DNA from: Raillietiella orientalis
Lineage: Eukaryota
NCBI GenBank assembly: GCA_036172245.1
Contig: JAYWIR010000029.1
Span: 124,001 to 188,000 of the forward strand
Direction: 5' to 3'
Length of the DNA: 64,000 nt
Positions 1-12,674 of the stretch are shown piece by piece; within the stretch, counting starts at the first letter, position 1; each line of letters starts with the position of its first letter. Below the pieces are notes generated by a model. That model ran no database searches, was not told the DNA's origin, and was given only the letters and a program-made list of their open reading frames with translations. The translations under genes and the position numbers were made by a program.

Positions 1-345
1 ATTATCTTGAGGAAAGCAATTTTCACCAACGGATCTGATTCCCGAGAGAGAATTTCTACTTCTACTGAAGCATTTATGTTAAACATTAAGATTTTGTTAT
101 AGTGTGGGGTGAGATTTCGTTATTTACAACAAGGAATGGTTTTAACAATCTGCCTAACAATGTACGGCTCACAGCGCAAATATTCTGTGATAATAATTGT
201 GCATCAGTTCATAGTATCCCTGACTTCCACAAGTACTATGGAGGTCAACAACTTTTGGGGCAAATAGACGACTGCACGGTACAGGCAGATGAACTAATGC
301 ATGACATGTTTTCATTTTTAGAGGTATTAATTGTATAATACAAAC

Positions 346-511
346 TCCATTTGGATCCATAAAGTACAGGGCATCCTCCATGATGCAACATCATATTGGA
401 TTCGCCTTTGGGGAGGAGATTGTACCAAAACACAGCGTCTCCCTTCCTAGGCCATGTGGCTACTCCGAGTAGACTGAAAGCCGTGGCACCTCCAGCTTCG
501 ACATCATTCAG
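346..511 (-). CDS. P4HA: P4HA coding exon 8 (distal His and 2-oxoglutarate-binding Lys); final exon lies beyond the window start
   Basis: Translation LNDVEAGGATAF...PRKGDAVFWYNL...HHGGCPVLYGSKW. TGTTTCAG acceptor, GTTTGT donor at 345. The eight exons total 1558 nt (519 codons + 1 nt). No xNKW terminal exon is visible in 1-345. Confidence 0.93.
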
Positions 512-563
512 CTGAAACAGAGATGAAAATAAATAGGGGGGCTTGTGCCTATAGACGTCTTAC

Positions 564-762
564 ATAGACCATGAAAGTAGCCAGGCGATCGGGGTGCTTC
601 AGAGGGGCATCGGGATGCAAGGTGTATGTACCTCCGACTCCATAGTTAGCAACTTGAAACAATTCGGAGGAGCGCTCCTCCAGAGTTTCCAAGCCAGTAG
701 CCAGGGAGATCCGCCTTGAAATGGTGTGAATCAAGGGATCTTCATTGTCTTCGAGCCAAGCC
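564..762 (-). CDS. P4HA: P4HA coding exon 7 (Fe-binding HxD)
   Basis: Translation AWLEDNEDPLIHTISRRISLATGL...ELFQVANYGVGGTYTLHPD...RLATFMVY. TTTCAG acceptor, GTAAG donor. Confidence 0.95.
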
Positions 763-1848
763 CTGAAACGCAGCTTCTCAAGTCGCAGTTCAGATTGGAG
801 ACTTCAAACTTTCTCCGAATCGCGCGCCCGAGTTTTCTAGAGTCGCATGAACGCTTCGCGCTGCTCCCCGAATACTAAGGTCCCTTGGGGTGGTTTTCGA
901 GGGTGCATTTTCCTTTCAAGTGCTGGCATCCAACTTCCTCGAGAACACAACAGGGAATGCTGCTGTCTCGCTTGTTTCCATGGTCGCTGGGGCTGCAGTC
1001 CACTTGCATCAAGGTCGCGGTAAGATCGCACATCATGGGAATCCCTCCAAAGATCTGATGATCGATCCGTTCGAATCAGTATGTCGGATGCTATTCGAAT
1101 GAGTAAGTCGCGACTGATAAGTCAGGAGCGAAGTACCGCCAACTCAGCAAGGGAGCGGAAGCAGGTTTCCGCTGCCTTCCAGAGTGGCTGAGTCACGATT
1201 CAGTTCTGGTCAGGAGAACTTGTCCTCCGCTCCTCGAATAAGAAAAGCTCCCGAAAAGATTACTCTTTAGGTGGCATCTCCGGAGACTCGAAGGAAAATG
1301 AGTGGAGACGTACAGGCGCCTTCCAGTTCTATCATCCCTGAACTCCCTTTTCTCAACTGCCCCTAAGGGGAGCTTCACCCACTTGGCGACCGGGAACGGC
1401 ACCAATGAGCGTACATGGTGGCCTCTCCACGATTCCAGGTCTGCTCTGACGTCAGAATTTTTCTCATTTCGGAATGACCACCAAGCCTCTTTACAGGAAT
1501 GGACCATGTCGTTCCTGTAGGTAAGGGAAGGTCAATATTTCTTCAAGGAACGTGTGACTACTCGATAGGATCGCCGTGCCTTTGCCGTGATTTCTCATCT
1601 TCCTCTTTCCCTACCGCAAGGGGAGATGGTTCAATAGGGTTTTCTTGCAAGGACTCTGGAACAGTCCAGAGCCATTGATGCTGTCATCCACAGGTCGAAA
1701 TTTGTCTGGCGACTATCCTGCTCTCCGGCTAAATCAGGAGTATCTGCACCTCCGTTGGTACCATCCGGATGGTGTGAGAGATGGGAGATCCTCTGCTCTT
1801 TCTCCCCCCTCCCCTCCTTCTCCGCTTTCCTCTTAAGCCCAGGCTTAC

Positions 1849-2096
1849 TGTTTGCTGGTCCTTTTCCATGACACGACGAAGTAGCCATATCTGTCGCTAT
1901 GGCCACTCCGGAAGAGGCGATGAGATGCCATCTTCTTGATGCGCTCCATTTCCTGCTCGTGAAGGAAATCGTGGAAAATGAGGATGTCGGGAGCGACGTG
2001 GACTTCTTCGACCTTCAGCGGAGCTAGAAAAAAGTACTCATGGCGCCGATAGCCGTAGCTGTACCAGCACCGTAGGTGGGAGTCGGCAGCCACACT
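1849..2096 (-). CDS. P4HA: P4HA coding exon 6
   Basis: Translation LRCWY...FFLAPLKVEEVHVAPDILIFHDFLHEQEMERIKKMA...RTSK is the start of the catalytic domain. CTTGCAG acceptor, GTAAG donor. Confidence 0.95.
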
Positions 2097-2150
2097 CTGC
2101 AAGAGAGGTCATGAAGTTTCCAGATTGAGGAAGAGGTGCCAACGTGCTAC

Positions 2151-2357
2151 CCTTATTTTGTCTCCCCTGCAGAGTCTCCGAAAGAGAAAGTTGGCCTCTT
2201 CCTCACGAACGGTGATGTCGTACAAAGGGATAGAACGGACGTCCGCTTTCGAGACGTTCTTATACTTTTCCTTCCGTAGGAGCTCCTCGTTGTAGGGAAT
2301 CGGGTTTGTCTCCCAGTTGGGACCTAAGGGACCTCGTTCCTCGAGGATCTTGTCATG
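2151..2357 (-). CDS. P4HA: P4HA coding exon 5
   Basis: TTTTTCTGTAG acceptor, 207 bp open frame HDKILEERGPLGPNW...FRRLCRGDKIR ending in the conserved LCRG motif. GT donor at 2150. Confidence 0.88.
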
Positions 2358-2619
2358 CTACAGAAAAAGGTAAATGGAGAAAAGGTAAGTGAAGGTTCTT
2401 GCTCCGTCGGGTCTAAAGGAGGGTGAGAAGGAATACCATCTCCTCTGTTGCAGACCAGGTGACCAGGATCTGACAGGAAGGAGAGAGGTTTCCGGCTTTC
2501 CTGGGATGCAGAACGTTCCTAATGAAATTCTCATCTCCAGGACAGCCGGATCTTCTCACTAAATTTCTCCAACCCTTCCTCCCAACCCTCCTTCCTTTTT
2601 TTTCTTTTCTTAAACTCAC

Positions 2620-2777
2620 GTATTTCAGCGCAGTATTCAGGAACGGCTCAACCTTTGAGGCTCCTTCTGTGTCGTTAGAAAGGAGAAAGAGTTTTTTCGC
2701 TTCCCGCAGGAGGTCCACCGACAGATGAAAGATATTCGTGTTGAAGGCATGCTTTCCTAGGAAACTTGCATCCAGGG
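2620..2777 (-). CDS. P4HA: P4HA coding exon 4
   Basis: TGTTGCAG acceptor. Translation (A)LDASFLGKHAFNTNIFHLSVDLLREAKKL...LNTALKY aligns with 'TAEDCFELGKVAY'. GTGAG donor. Phases are consistent. Confidence 0.85.
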
Positions 2778-4199
2778 CTGCAACAGAAACACCATCATCA
2801 GCAAGATATTGCTCTTCTTGGAGATTCCGAAGGAATCTCCAGAATGCCTGCGGTGCTGTTTCTTCCGAAAGGAAAGAGGAGAAGGCCTCGTTTCGTCTAT
2901 CTCTCCCTCCTTTTACTCCTCCTTATCCTTAGAAGCCCTTTCGAAGAAACTGCAAGACAGACTGTCTCCTGGGAAACAGCATCGACCCCGAGAAAGAGGA
3001 GAGAAGGAGATGACGAAAAGTGGGTTCGGACCTGCTTGTGGTCAGCCTCCCACGCCTTCATCCAGCAGTCGACAGCTGGAGAAGGGCACTGGAGCGATAA
3101 CCACGTGGAAGCTTCAAATGAAGATAAGAACTGATAGGGGAAGGGAGAATGACGCCTCTTGTTTGGTTGGAGCAGCAAGAGACAGATGGCGTATTAAGAG
3201 CTTCTCTTGAATGGTCCTGCAGGATTCGGATGGGGTTCTCCGAGAATCCCGGAACATTCTCTTGTCCACTCTCTCTGGAAAAAAGATCGGTTTGCTTAGA
3301 GAGGTGCCACCATCCGAGAAAGCGGGTGATTCCATGTGGCACCGGTATCTCGTATACGGTGCTTACTGCAATCGTTATGGAACTATCTGCTCCTACAGAA
3401 ACGGGGTGGAAAGGAAGCTGAACCCTGGAACTTGATGTTGGTACGAGATCACCGACATAACAAAGAGAACCCTCTGAAGGAGCGGTATCGATATCAGCTA
3501 AACATGGATACCATCCTCCTTCTCTCACCCTTAGTAAACGTAGCTCTTGCTGAACATTACCAGAAGCCAGGAGTTTCAGTACTAGCAGTCCCTCTACCAC
3601 CTTGATGCCTTTTTCGTCATTTGGGGACTTTCGGGAAAAAAATTCTGCTGGATCACAAATTATACCCCTTTGGAAACTGTTGAATGCTAGAACGGAATGG
3701 TACTTCGACTGAGGGACCGTTTCTGACTCCATAGTCTCGGACAAGCAGGCACCAGGAAGAGTCCTTTGGTGTGCTTGTGGGGACATCGCATAGCAAAATT
3801 AACATGAGGATACCTTCAAGCCCCTCCTTGATCGATGCTTCTGTGCTTATCCGTATGCCTATTCAGCACACTGAACCTCATCACACAGAGCTTCCTTCTT
3901 TCACCAAAGCCTTAAAGCACTGCTCATGAAGACCACTGTCTTAGGGCATGCCCTCTGTCTCCTTTTCCTTGAATTTGGTTCCATGGGGTAGGAAACCATG
4001 CGTTCCAAGCCAGTGGGTGTGGAAAGTCCACATTCTTTCTCTTCCTTCCTCTTTCGTTCCTTTATCTTGCGAAGGATCGCTGGAGAGTTCCTTCTTATGC
4101 AGAGGTGCCCTTGTGTTGAAAGCAGGAAGCATCGCAAAACAGATAGATAAAGTCCGATTCCAGGCATGCTATAGTATCCCTTTGCTCTTTTTCTTCCTT

Positions 4200-4727
4200 C
4201 TGAGACTCGAGATTTCCAGAGTAGACTTCTTAAGGTGTGCCGGGATAAAGAAGCCTCAAATCCAGAGTGAGAAAAACATCCTCCAGATTTTTGGAATCAG
4301 GGAAAGGGAAAGGAAAGCTTGCAGCTCAGTCAGACAGTCTCCTGGAAAAGGGATGAGATGTGGCGCAAGCAGTTTCGAAATTTTCACAATGGAGAAAAGG
4401 ACAAAGAGAGATAGAAAGACCGTTTGTGCTCTCTCCAGCCTGCAGGAGAGCACAGATGCCTTTGGCTTTCTCTTCCATTGGAGAATGCTTTCAGGATCTT
4501 TTGGATTTTTCACTGTAGCCCTAAAAGATGCTGATGATTTCTCTCCCGGAGTGGAAATACCAGACAATCTTCTCCCATCGGGAGGAGACTCTTCGTATTC
4601 ATTGCAGAAAGCACCGAGTAGGGTCTATTCCAGGGTACTCATTCCTTCCTGGAGGGAAGTTTGGTATCCCTCGCTTGAGTTCGCACATGCCAATCACATC
4701 CTTTGCGGCTTTTCGCTTCCCTTTTAG
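4200..4727 (+). mobile_element. Possible decayed LINE RT remnant in P4HA intron 3
   Basis: VRQS..FEIFTME..KDADD loosely follows the order of GVRQG..LF...ME..YADD. Confidence 0.3.
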
Positions 4728-4851
4728 AAAAGGGAAATAGGTATCTACGTGATCGTGGCGCTACTTTCCTTCCTTCTAAATGAGAACTGTAGTTCTTTTT
4801 CACCATTACCATTGAGAATCGGATAGGGGCCAATTTTAGAAGAGTTCTTAC

Positions 4852-5028
4852 CGGTCAGGGGGCCTGTAGCCTCATACACAGGACCTCCAAAGAACTGGAT
4901 TTTTCCATTCAGGAAGTCGGAGATGGGCATAGGGTAGGTGGCCAGCAGCCTGACAAGGGAGCTGGCTGCACCATACAAATCCTCATCTGTAGGAAACCGG
5001 TGGACCATCTCCGCAATGCGCCGAAGTT
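4852..5028 (-). CDS. P4HA: P4HA coding exon 3
   Basis: TTTTTGCAG acceptor. Translation LRRIAEMVHRFPTDEDLYGAASSLVRLLATY...GPLT matches the conserved FPxxEDxxGAAxALxRLQxTY motif. GTAAG donor. Confidence 0.93.
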
Positions 5029-5141
5029 CTGCAAAAAGAGGGAATGGCTTATGAGCGCGGTCACTGACAGAAGGAACGGTCTCGCCTCAGGAAATAAGTG
5101 GGTGAGAGGTTTCGTCTCTTCTGGCTCTAGTGCTAAGAGTT

Positions 5142-5700
5142 TCACAGCTTCAGAGAGCTTGGTTTCCTTTCAAAGAACATGCAGGAGTGAGAGAACGTGG
5201 CAAGAAGCTCTTGTGATATCCCTGGTACCAGCCATTCGCTCTGACCAACTACAACTCTTTCAAAGGGAAGATGAAGAGTAGGCCATGGTCTCTGTGCGCC
5301 AGCAGCCTCCCTTACGCCTTTCATTGACGCATGCTTACACAAGATGCTCCGAAGGCTTCTATGATGCTTCTGAGCATCATAGAAGAAACTCCTCTTAGCG
5401 TTTTCTGCTTCGTGTCGCAAGGGCATCGCGTTCTGTTTACTCAAGATCGATACTGCAGCTTTCACAGCTTCGGTTTTGTGTAAGCTGAAAATCAGTTCCG
5501 GACTTGCGAAGCTAAACTCGGAGAAGGAGTTTCCAGAACTGATGAGAAGCAGGTGGTCTGAGAACACGATAGGTACGTTTGCCGATATGCCTGACGTACG
5601 TATCGTGGCTGCCATAGACTGAGAGCGCAGGTTCACGTACAAGTTTTCAAATCTCTTCCTAAATCGATAGCGGTACCTCCCTTCATTCATAGGAAGAAAC
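5142..5700 (-). mobile_element. Decayed LINE APE-endonuclease C-terminal remnant in P4HA intron 2
   Basis: RFENLYVN...NVPIVFSDHLLLI resembles the SRIDRIYV...SDH end of LINE endonucleases. Confidence 0.45.
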
Positions 5701-6791
5701 TATCTAAAATCAAAGATTGCCTTCACATCTTCTGAAAAGCCTGGAAGCCGAGCTTCAATTCAAGACCCCCCTGAAAAAGTTCCTTAGCTTCTGAAGGAGA
5801 AAACACCAATTATGAAAGGTGTTCTCATTTCAGTTCTTTCTCTTCTTCAATGCCCTATGGGTAATGATGGCATCCGTTCATCATTTCCATTCTGCGAGTT
5901 GGTTCTTTCTGTTAAAATAGTACGGATCTAATGTGACATTTGAGGAGACGCTTTTGTTGTTTCCCGAAGGCATTCTCTGTGTAGGAAGAGCACTCTGGCC
6001 TTTAATGATACAGGATTGCTAGTTCTAACAGTGCTATGATTAGGATGTAAGTTTTTGGACCGGGAACATCACTGAATGATGTTCACTTGAAAGCTCAAAA
6101 AGGAAACGATTCATCCATTAAATAGTTTTATTGTTATTGTAGTTTCGAAAACATGTATCGCAACCATGGATGAGTTGAAGAGCAAAGAGTTAAAGAGGAG
6201 CGAATGAAGAACAAGAATTCTGACCCTCTAAAGCCTCAGAAGCTACCCCCAAGTCCTCATGAGGAACCTCGATTTCTGCAACCACTTCGTGAGTCGAGTC
6301 TAAAGGCTGGTGAATAATTTGGAAAAAGCACTTAAAAAATTTGCTTGTCGAAGTGGGACACTACTGGTTATTTTGCAAAGATAATGAAGTGGATAATAAA
6401 GATAATGAAGAGAAGAAGCTGTGGAATTCACGAAAAAGGCTTGTATCAGTACTTGGATGGAAACAGATCCATGAATCACCGATGACATTTATCAGGAAGG
6501 CAAGGGTTCATTGAAGGCTCACTGTTTCTACATCTGTCAACAACGATGCAAAGTTAAATTAAGCATGAACTAAGATAGAGCTGATCTAAGGAGTGGGCTA
6601 CAGTCAGCGCACGCAAATGGCGTAGTTCTTTGTGCCCGAGCGGAACACTACCTTCTATAAATGCCAAAATCCTTTCCGAGGCTGTGGTCGTTTTCGAAAG
6701 CAAAAAGTCCATTCATAACAAAAGACAATGGACGGAATGTCAAATCCCAGGGGAAGTTATTGCTCTCCATGAACAAGAGCCATGAACTCAA

Positions 6792-6833
6792 TATCAGTGG
6801 AATCTTCATTTACGTTATCAGTGGAATCTTCAT
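6792..6833. repeat. Short tandem duplication TATCAGTGGAATCTTCAT x2
   Basis: Read directly; period ~24 bp. Confidence 0.8.
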
Positions 6834-9800
6834 CTAAAGGATAAGCTGAACAGTAGTTCACAGATCCCACGCCTTTAAGAACACCAGCTGCAAACAGCTT
6901 CAGGGAAATAATCGGTGCGACGAATGTCATTCCCATCTTTCCATGACTTTGAATCTTTCATTGACTTCAGAAAGATACCGGCAGAAATTTGAGCGAAGGC
7001 TCAAAACTACAATTGTGGTTGAAGCTTTCAGAAACCTCGGATGCAAACAAAGATGCACAAATGTTAGGAAGCAACAAACTCTGCCACTGACTGTTGCCAA
7101 GACGGAGACCTCCTCCTTGGCAACAGTCAATGTCAGAGTTTGTGGCTTTCCTGATTAATAATTTTAAGGGTTGCTTTGTCTGCGACCCCCTCAGAGGTGC
7201 CTTGGAATGATTTTTCGAGCTCTGTTTGCTTAAAAGGAATCGTTTACTCCGGAAGGTCTCGACGCACTCGAACGACTCGAAAATGCATCACCCTGTTGCT
7301 CAAGGTGTTTTACCAAAGACCTCGTGCGGAGCATGTTGGCAACTTGCAGATGAACCTACGACGGAAAGTTTCATTCGTTTTTACTTGACCATTGCCTTGA
7401 AAGGAGAGATAGAGACAACACGCACTCGGCAACTCAAGGAGAAACATTGCGACAACATTGGTGTCCAAAGTTCACAGACTCTCAGCGGAAAGACGAAGAA
7501 AGAATAGCAATTTTCTACTGGCCTCTGGAAAGTTCAGGAGATCAGATAATTTACTTAATACGGAAGAAAATCTCCAGCTGACCAGAGTTGAGGCAGGGTT
7601 TTTTTTTCCCCGAGAGTTACCCGGAGCGAGGTGAAAACTTCCGAAGTGCCTTTTGGAAGTTCTCCAGATTGAGACACTGATTAAAGGACTTTGGAGATTC
7701 CTCCATAAGAGCGTAGTTGGGTCATGAACATAATTGCATTCGGGAGGCATTTCCTTCGAGTTGCTGCATAATGCGTCGATTGGACGCCTGACTCTTTATG
7801 TACAAGACATGCATTCGCGAACCTGATCCTTAGCCTATCACTGAGATGAGCTCACAGAGCATTTTCAGAGTGAAAACAGATATGACTACAGGAACAGTAT
7901 GATTAAAGCCTGTGTTTTCCGAGCTAGTGACCTCAAACTTGAAGCTTGGGAACTTTGTTCTGCGCTTACTCTTCCCAAGTTTCTTGTCACTTTTTCCATC
8001 TCCATACTCCGATGGTTTATAGAAGATCTTTACAAGGTCATCACGTATCGTCCTAACTCGATCGAGTCGAATTCAGTCGATTGCAACTTGCACGACTCTT
8101 GAGGCCCCGAAAACATCTTTTATCTGTTCCTCGAACTTTCCATTTCAAAAGGTCCTCTGCGACCTTTCTTGTTTCAGGAAACGATCGTAGAAACTTTCAC
8201 TTTCTCAACAAACTGTATCGAGAAAGCTTACGGTTCCTAACGATGCAAATGAAGCAAAAATGGATTCAAAGATGAAACCACTTTGCCTTCGTGACAGTCT
8301 TCATTCAGCTCGCTTTGCTGGCTGGAAATTCATTATCTCTGGCAGGATCTTAGTTCTCTCTCTTTATGTATTTCCCACGCTCAAACTCTAGATGGAGATC
8401 ATTTTACAAATTCTGGTACGTTCTCTCGTTCACTGAATTTCTGCTCTGCCGGCTGTACCTATCTACCGGGTCTCATTTTGAAGCGAATCAACCAGTTGGA
8501 AAAAATCGATACCCTTGCAGTTTGAGAATTTTCGAGATGAGCTGAATTCATTCTCCCCCGAATTAGGAAATAATCTTCCTCTTCCTCCTCCCACCCAAAT
8601 GGTATAACGCGGGTCCGTAATGTTCATGAAATCTGCCTCGAAGACCGAACAACTTTTAAAAATGAAACTCTTCCCACTGGGGCTATTGCTGAATCACACG
8701 AGAACTCCCAGACATGATCAAATATCCGAATGCTCACATAGGAGCAGTAATTTTCCGAGCAAACTTTCTGAATGGATATTTTTCCCGCTAAGAGATTTCA
8801 GAGGTGATTTCCCTAATAGTACTCAGAGCATTTGCCTTTCCTCGTAGCAGGATTACCAGTTTTAGGGAATTATGTGACAGAAATTGACTTTTTTTTTGCA
8901 TCCTTGTTGCATGAAGAGCGATGTGTATCATGCGAAAATCAATGAAAGGAAAGAATAGTAAATGGGTAGGCACAAAGAAAGAGGATATGATTCTCTGCAA
9001 TATCCCAACAGCATCTGGATTTTCATCAAGAAAAAACGAATATACAAACCAAGAAAAATTTGTTCCGCCACTGAAGCAATTACAAAAGCACGGAATTAGC
9101 CCTTATACTGGCAGATCAGTAAGTGGTACTTGATGACCTGAATGCCTCAGATAGTTGCGGACGCTCGGGAACATTAGTGTGCACGCATGGACACATGTAA
9201 CACGGAAAGTGGCTGCCAATCAGCGGATGAAGAAAGGATTTCGAATTTTCGAAACGGTATGCTGTCCGAACAGAGAAGCATGAATAAAGCAAGAAATTAA
9301 AGAAACATGGTCTCATGGAGTCCCGAAAGAACTGTGAACTGTCTTCAGGATGTTGAAACACCCGCGACCATGGGAACCGCGGAGTGACCTCACAAGCAAG
9401 GCGGCGGATTTTCAGTAATCCCTAAACTTTCGTTGTTCGAAACCCTTTCGAGATAGTTCTGATCGGAACAACGTCATCTAGAGTGCTGCATTTGACTTCG
9501 GAAGCATTCACGTGATTACTGGGAGATGATGGAGATTTGATTTTCTTTGCTTAGTTGGCATCGATGAACATGGGCAAGCAATCGATCGCTTGCTTACAGT
9601 AGCCGAATGGCCACTCCAGAGCCAGGAAAGCGGCAGTTGAGATTGGACGTGAATAGTCTTGAAATAAAGATCAGCTTTCGTTAAAATCCGAAAGGGATAA
9701 TATTCACGCTGGATTTCTTGCTCGAGGAGTGCACGTGAATTTTATCTTGAATGCAAAATAAATCGGAATGCCTCATAACTCTCCATTTCCGAGCAAGTAC

Positions 9801-10476
9801 TTCAGGACAACGAGCTGCTTTTTAGAGTTCAAGTTCTGTTCACTCACTATAATCAATAATTTCTACTAAACTGGAGTGAAAGGACTGACTTTCGAATTTC
9901 GAAAGCCTCCAGGGACCTGGAGTCAGTGCTCACGAAAAGCGCTTTTTACTCGAATGAGAGTTACTTTCACAGTGTATGCATATGTTGATGACTTCGGTCC
10001 TTGTGAATGGAGGTAGCTGACGATTAACTAAGGCGTTCGGAATGTTCTTTCGAGTCAATGAAATGCTGCAGCCTGCTGGAGATTCTAAACAGGACTTAGC
10101 TTCATACATAAAGATCTGTTATGTGTTACTGAGTTCATATGATCCCTAAGATCCTCCTAATTTCGATTGCTCATCCCTATGCAGGCGGATTTAGTAAAGG
10201 ATGCCTAATTTGCTAAATAGGACACTTCATCTTGGTCTCCTTTCTGGGGGTGGTTGAGGTTCCAGCCCCTGCTATCGCAAAAGAGAAAGCTGCTCGTGAA
10301 GCAGGTGACCCTATGAAACGCTTCAGTTTTGCCCAAAGCAGAACCGCCAAGAACACGGAAGAACTGCTCTCCCAAAGATTCTCACCGACACAAGAGAGCA
10401 GCATGGCTAAATATTCTCTCTTCTGGGACAATTCGCATTTCTCGAGATCGATAGCAATCATACGTCATATACGCAC

Positions 10477-10619
10477 GCGAGTTCTTTGATTGATTCAGCA
10501 TGCGTTCCACTGGAGACCATTGGATCCTCAAAGAACGGATGAGCTTGTAGGCATTAATAGGATTGGAGATGTAACTCCCTATCGTGGGTGCCCGTAAATC
10601 CTGTGTCTCGTCAAGGAAA
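10477..10619 (-). CDS. P4HA: P4HA coding exon 2
   Basis: TTTTCAG acceptor. Translation FLDETQDLRAPTIGSYISNPINAYKLIRSLRIQWSPVERML contains the hallmark NPINAY/FxLxxRL...W motif. GTGCGT donor, phase 1. Not in the ORF track. Confidence 0.92.
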
Positions 10620-12674
10620 CTGAAAACAGAACGGAATCATTATAAATTGTTCCCGATGAGATTGAAGCGTCAGTAATCGAGAAACCTGAAATCGGCTTGG
10701 GAAACAAAACGGGGGAGGAAGAGGATAATTCCGGGATATTTTCTTGTCATCCGTCAAGACCTGGGATTCTTACCCGAGAGTTTAAGGACGAAAATTAAGG
10801 ATGAAAAGAAAATTCCGGCAGCAGAAGTCTCGAGTGCCATCAGCATCATTAATGATGTCATCGGAACACTTGTCAATTCTCCTCACAACCTTATGACTAA
10901 AGTTTCCTTTCGAGAAACTTCTACTCGCCACGTTTCTGTCATTGAAGTTGTGAATTCAGGCAAGCATTCCGGAACATTGATATTCGTCGCACTCGCTTTC
11001 TGAGGAATAACAGGACTGCCAGAGACAACTGGATAGAGATGTAGAAGGACCCGTAAAAACTCTAGTCTGAAATGAGGCTGATGAAGAATTGGGATTGATT
11101 CGGAGAGTTTGCCTTCTGCGCTTTGAGCCCCTCGTCAGAATTCACCAAGCTGAGTGTTTCATCCTTCGTTCATTATGGAGTGTTTAGGCATTCTCAGAAA
11201 GTATCTCCAAGATTACATAATTAATAGTGATTCAAAAAACTGATTAGTGATCAAATGATCACTGTTTATTTAACTTAGCGTCATCACGACTGAATACTGC
11301 TATCATTTCTTTAAGGAGTTGATTATCGGACGAAGCAATCAAGACTTCAGTTGCAAATGGTTCAAGTGATCTGGAGACTGCACATGTTTCATCTTTAGTT
11401 TCATCTCATGAAAATCAACGGTGCCATTGCAGTCGTTTAAAGAGGAAAAAGATGGAGTTACTTCGATCAAAGCAGAGCAACAGATGCATCGGTGATTCAC
11501 AAGTGTCCAATAAAGTGGTGAAAGTGAGAGGGCGCGTTGAAAAATGCCACTGGAAACCAACTTCTCCCTTAGCTCCTGAACGTCACTTGGATAACCAGGA
11601 ATTAAAACCTTCGAGCCCCGTGGCCACCAGGATTCAAAGCCCGTCCATTTTGTTGTTTTGTCATGTTTTATGTTTTGGTTTCATTAGCATCTGGTAATGC
11701 TTTGGACACATTTTGAGAACAAGGCGGTCGGACATCCATGCTTTAATCAGATAATCTCATGTGGAACCATATATTCGTTCTTGGGACTTAGTTCTTCTCC
11801 AAAACAAGACGAAACAAAGAGACCCAGGAAGACAAGGACTCATATAGTCAGCTTTCTGTCCGCCTCATTTTTCAAGACTCCATTCCCTTTCTAGGAGCTT
11901 CTTTCCCCACAGCTCACTCAAGAACAAGCTCGGGAATACTGAGCAGATTTCCGCAACAAACTTCTGATCGCTGAGGTTCATATGAATTGTTCACATAACA
12001 CTACAGATGCCTTGCTCGTTCCATTTGGATTTTAGAGCATTTTTCTTCCCGTTCCCTTCATAACCACGAAAGTTCTGAAATCTTATCCAGCATATTCCAT
12101 GAAGGAAAAAAAAAATTGGATAAGCAGTATAACTCTGCTGCTCCAGCTGTTTGTAAAATACTGCAAAGTATATGAAATATTTCACATTCGCCATCATGTC
12201 AGCAGCATCCTCTTCGGAAACTGAAGAAGAAATCTGTTGTGACAACAATTCAAACCTTCGTCACTGAGGAAAGAATGCAGTTTTGTGTCCTTCAGTCCTT
12301 AGCACTATAAAACACTTAGAATGCGAATCTTGCTGCAAAGAAACTGAAACACAGAACAAAGAACTGCGGCAGATTTTGTCCCTCGAATGCTGATTGTAAA
12401 CACTGTACTGGGGTCTAGAGCTCCATAGTGTCATCAATAAATTCAATTTTCGTGCTTCAGAACCATCAGCATTATCAGCGGATAAAACGAGCGAAGGAAC
12501 TAGAAAGATAAGGGCGTAAAGAGGCACTAAAAACACTCAAAATCACACCGATGTATGCAGTCTGCTGACGTTTCATAAAGCAGACAACAGGGACAGAAAA
12601 AGACAAAGATTTTAAAAGAAAATGGCTACACCCGTTGCATGAGAATACCAACCACTTTCGAACAACAGCTCGCT

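Noticed and set aside
245..345. Read-through C-terminus of P4HA (SLYYTINTSK...)
   Set aside because: Lacks the conserved xNKW ending, and a GT donor sits right after KW+1 nt. Treated as intron.
3058..3786. 242 aa minus-strand ORF in P4HA intron 3
   Set aside because: No family resemblance and not needed for the spliced P4HA frame; probably the antisense of a decayed repeat.
11991..12536. Signal-peptide-like ORF (FLVPLYALIFLVPSLVLSA) in P4HA intron 1
   Set aside because: GTG start, no recognisable domain and no supported splice structure.
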